From assembly GCA_001179505.1 (NCBI GenBank), contig CDMY01001020.1, forward strand, positions 1-6,087: DNA of 6,087 bases, in the 5' to 3' direction. Shown here piece after piece: positions 5,748-6,087 of the stretch. This DNA is from Vitrella brassicaformis CCMP3155 (lineage: Eukaryota > Protista > Chromerida). The notes below the pieces were generated by a model. It was not told where the DNA came from and ran no database searches. It worked only from the letters and a program-made list of their open reading frames with translations. Position 1 is the first letter of the stretch; the number at the start of each line of letters is the position of its first letter. Both the position numbers and the translations under genes were made by a program.

Positions 5748-6087
5748 CAGCTGTGTGTCCGCGTGACATTTCGACTTGTAGCTTTTCGCGACTCTAGGTT
5801 AAACCAGTGTGGCTCTCATCGACATGGCACATCAATCTGTTGGGTTTTGATAGCAGGGTTTGTGGTTAGCTTGCAGACATGTCTTTCTATTTCGTGCATC
5901 TTCGGTGAGCGTTGGCAGCTCTCGTGCGTGTCTTGCTTGGCGGGCTGGCCATGCCCATGATGGACTCGTGCGTTGCGTGCCTTGCGTAAAGGCTTGTACG
6001 GCAGAGATTGATCCTTCTGACCACGGTGTGTGTTCGGCATACAGCAACTTCAACATGGGCGCAGCAAGAAGGTTTCTCTGCTGAAGC

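Noticed and set aside
5763-6084. Four 65-74 aa ORFs at the right end, including a test of whether they hold the missing first exon of the minus-strand gene
   Set aside because: They have no domain signal, and joining across the 10-mer does not put an ATG in frame with the low-complexity gene. Treated as intergenic or UTR.

Overview
Eukaryotic, intron-rich genomic DNA with short (~60-95 nt) GT-AG introns carrying TG/TCTG-rich tracts. The style resembles the chromerid alveolate Vitrella, which is inference only. By manual splicing I find four genes. (1) The 5' part of a minus-strand signal-peptide protein (ATG 423) that runs off the left edge. (2) A six-exon minus-strand, probably secreted, Gly/Asp/Ser/Thr-rich low-complexity protein (stop 1532-1534), whose signal-peptide exon appears to contain a 1-nt frameshift. 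(3, 4) Two tandem plus-strand copies (2984-3899, 4602-5533) of a four-exon gene, head-to-head with gene 2, encoding a 231-aa multi-pass membrane protein with a His-less, Cys-only RING finger. The first RING Cys codon is split by an intron, so the ORF track misses it. The copies flank a 300-N assembly gap. The duplicated block is bracketed by a 10-bp direct repeat (GTGATCTGTC at 2748 and 5738, and GTGATC at the gap edge), suggesting a microhomology-bounded, possibly copy-number-variable E3-ligase cassette. No RNA genes, CRISPR arrays or transposases were seen.
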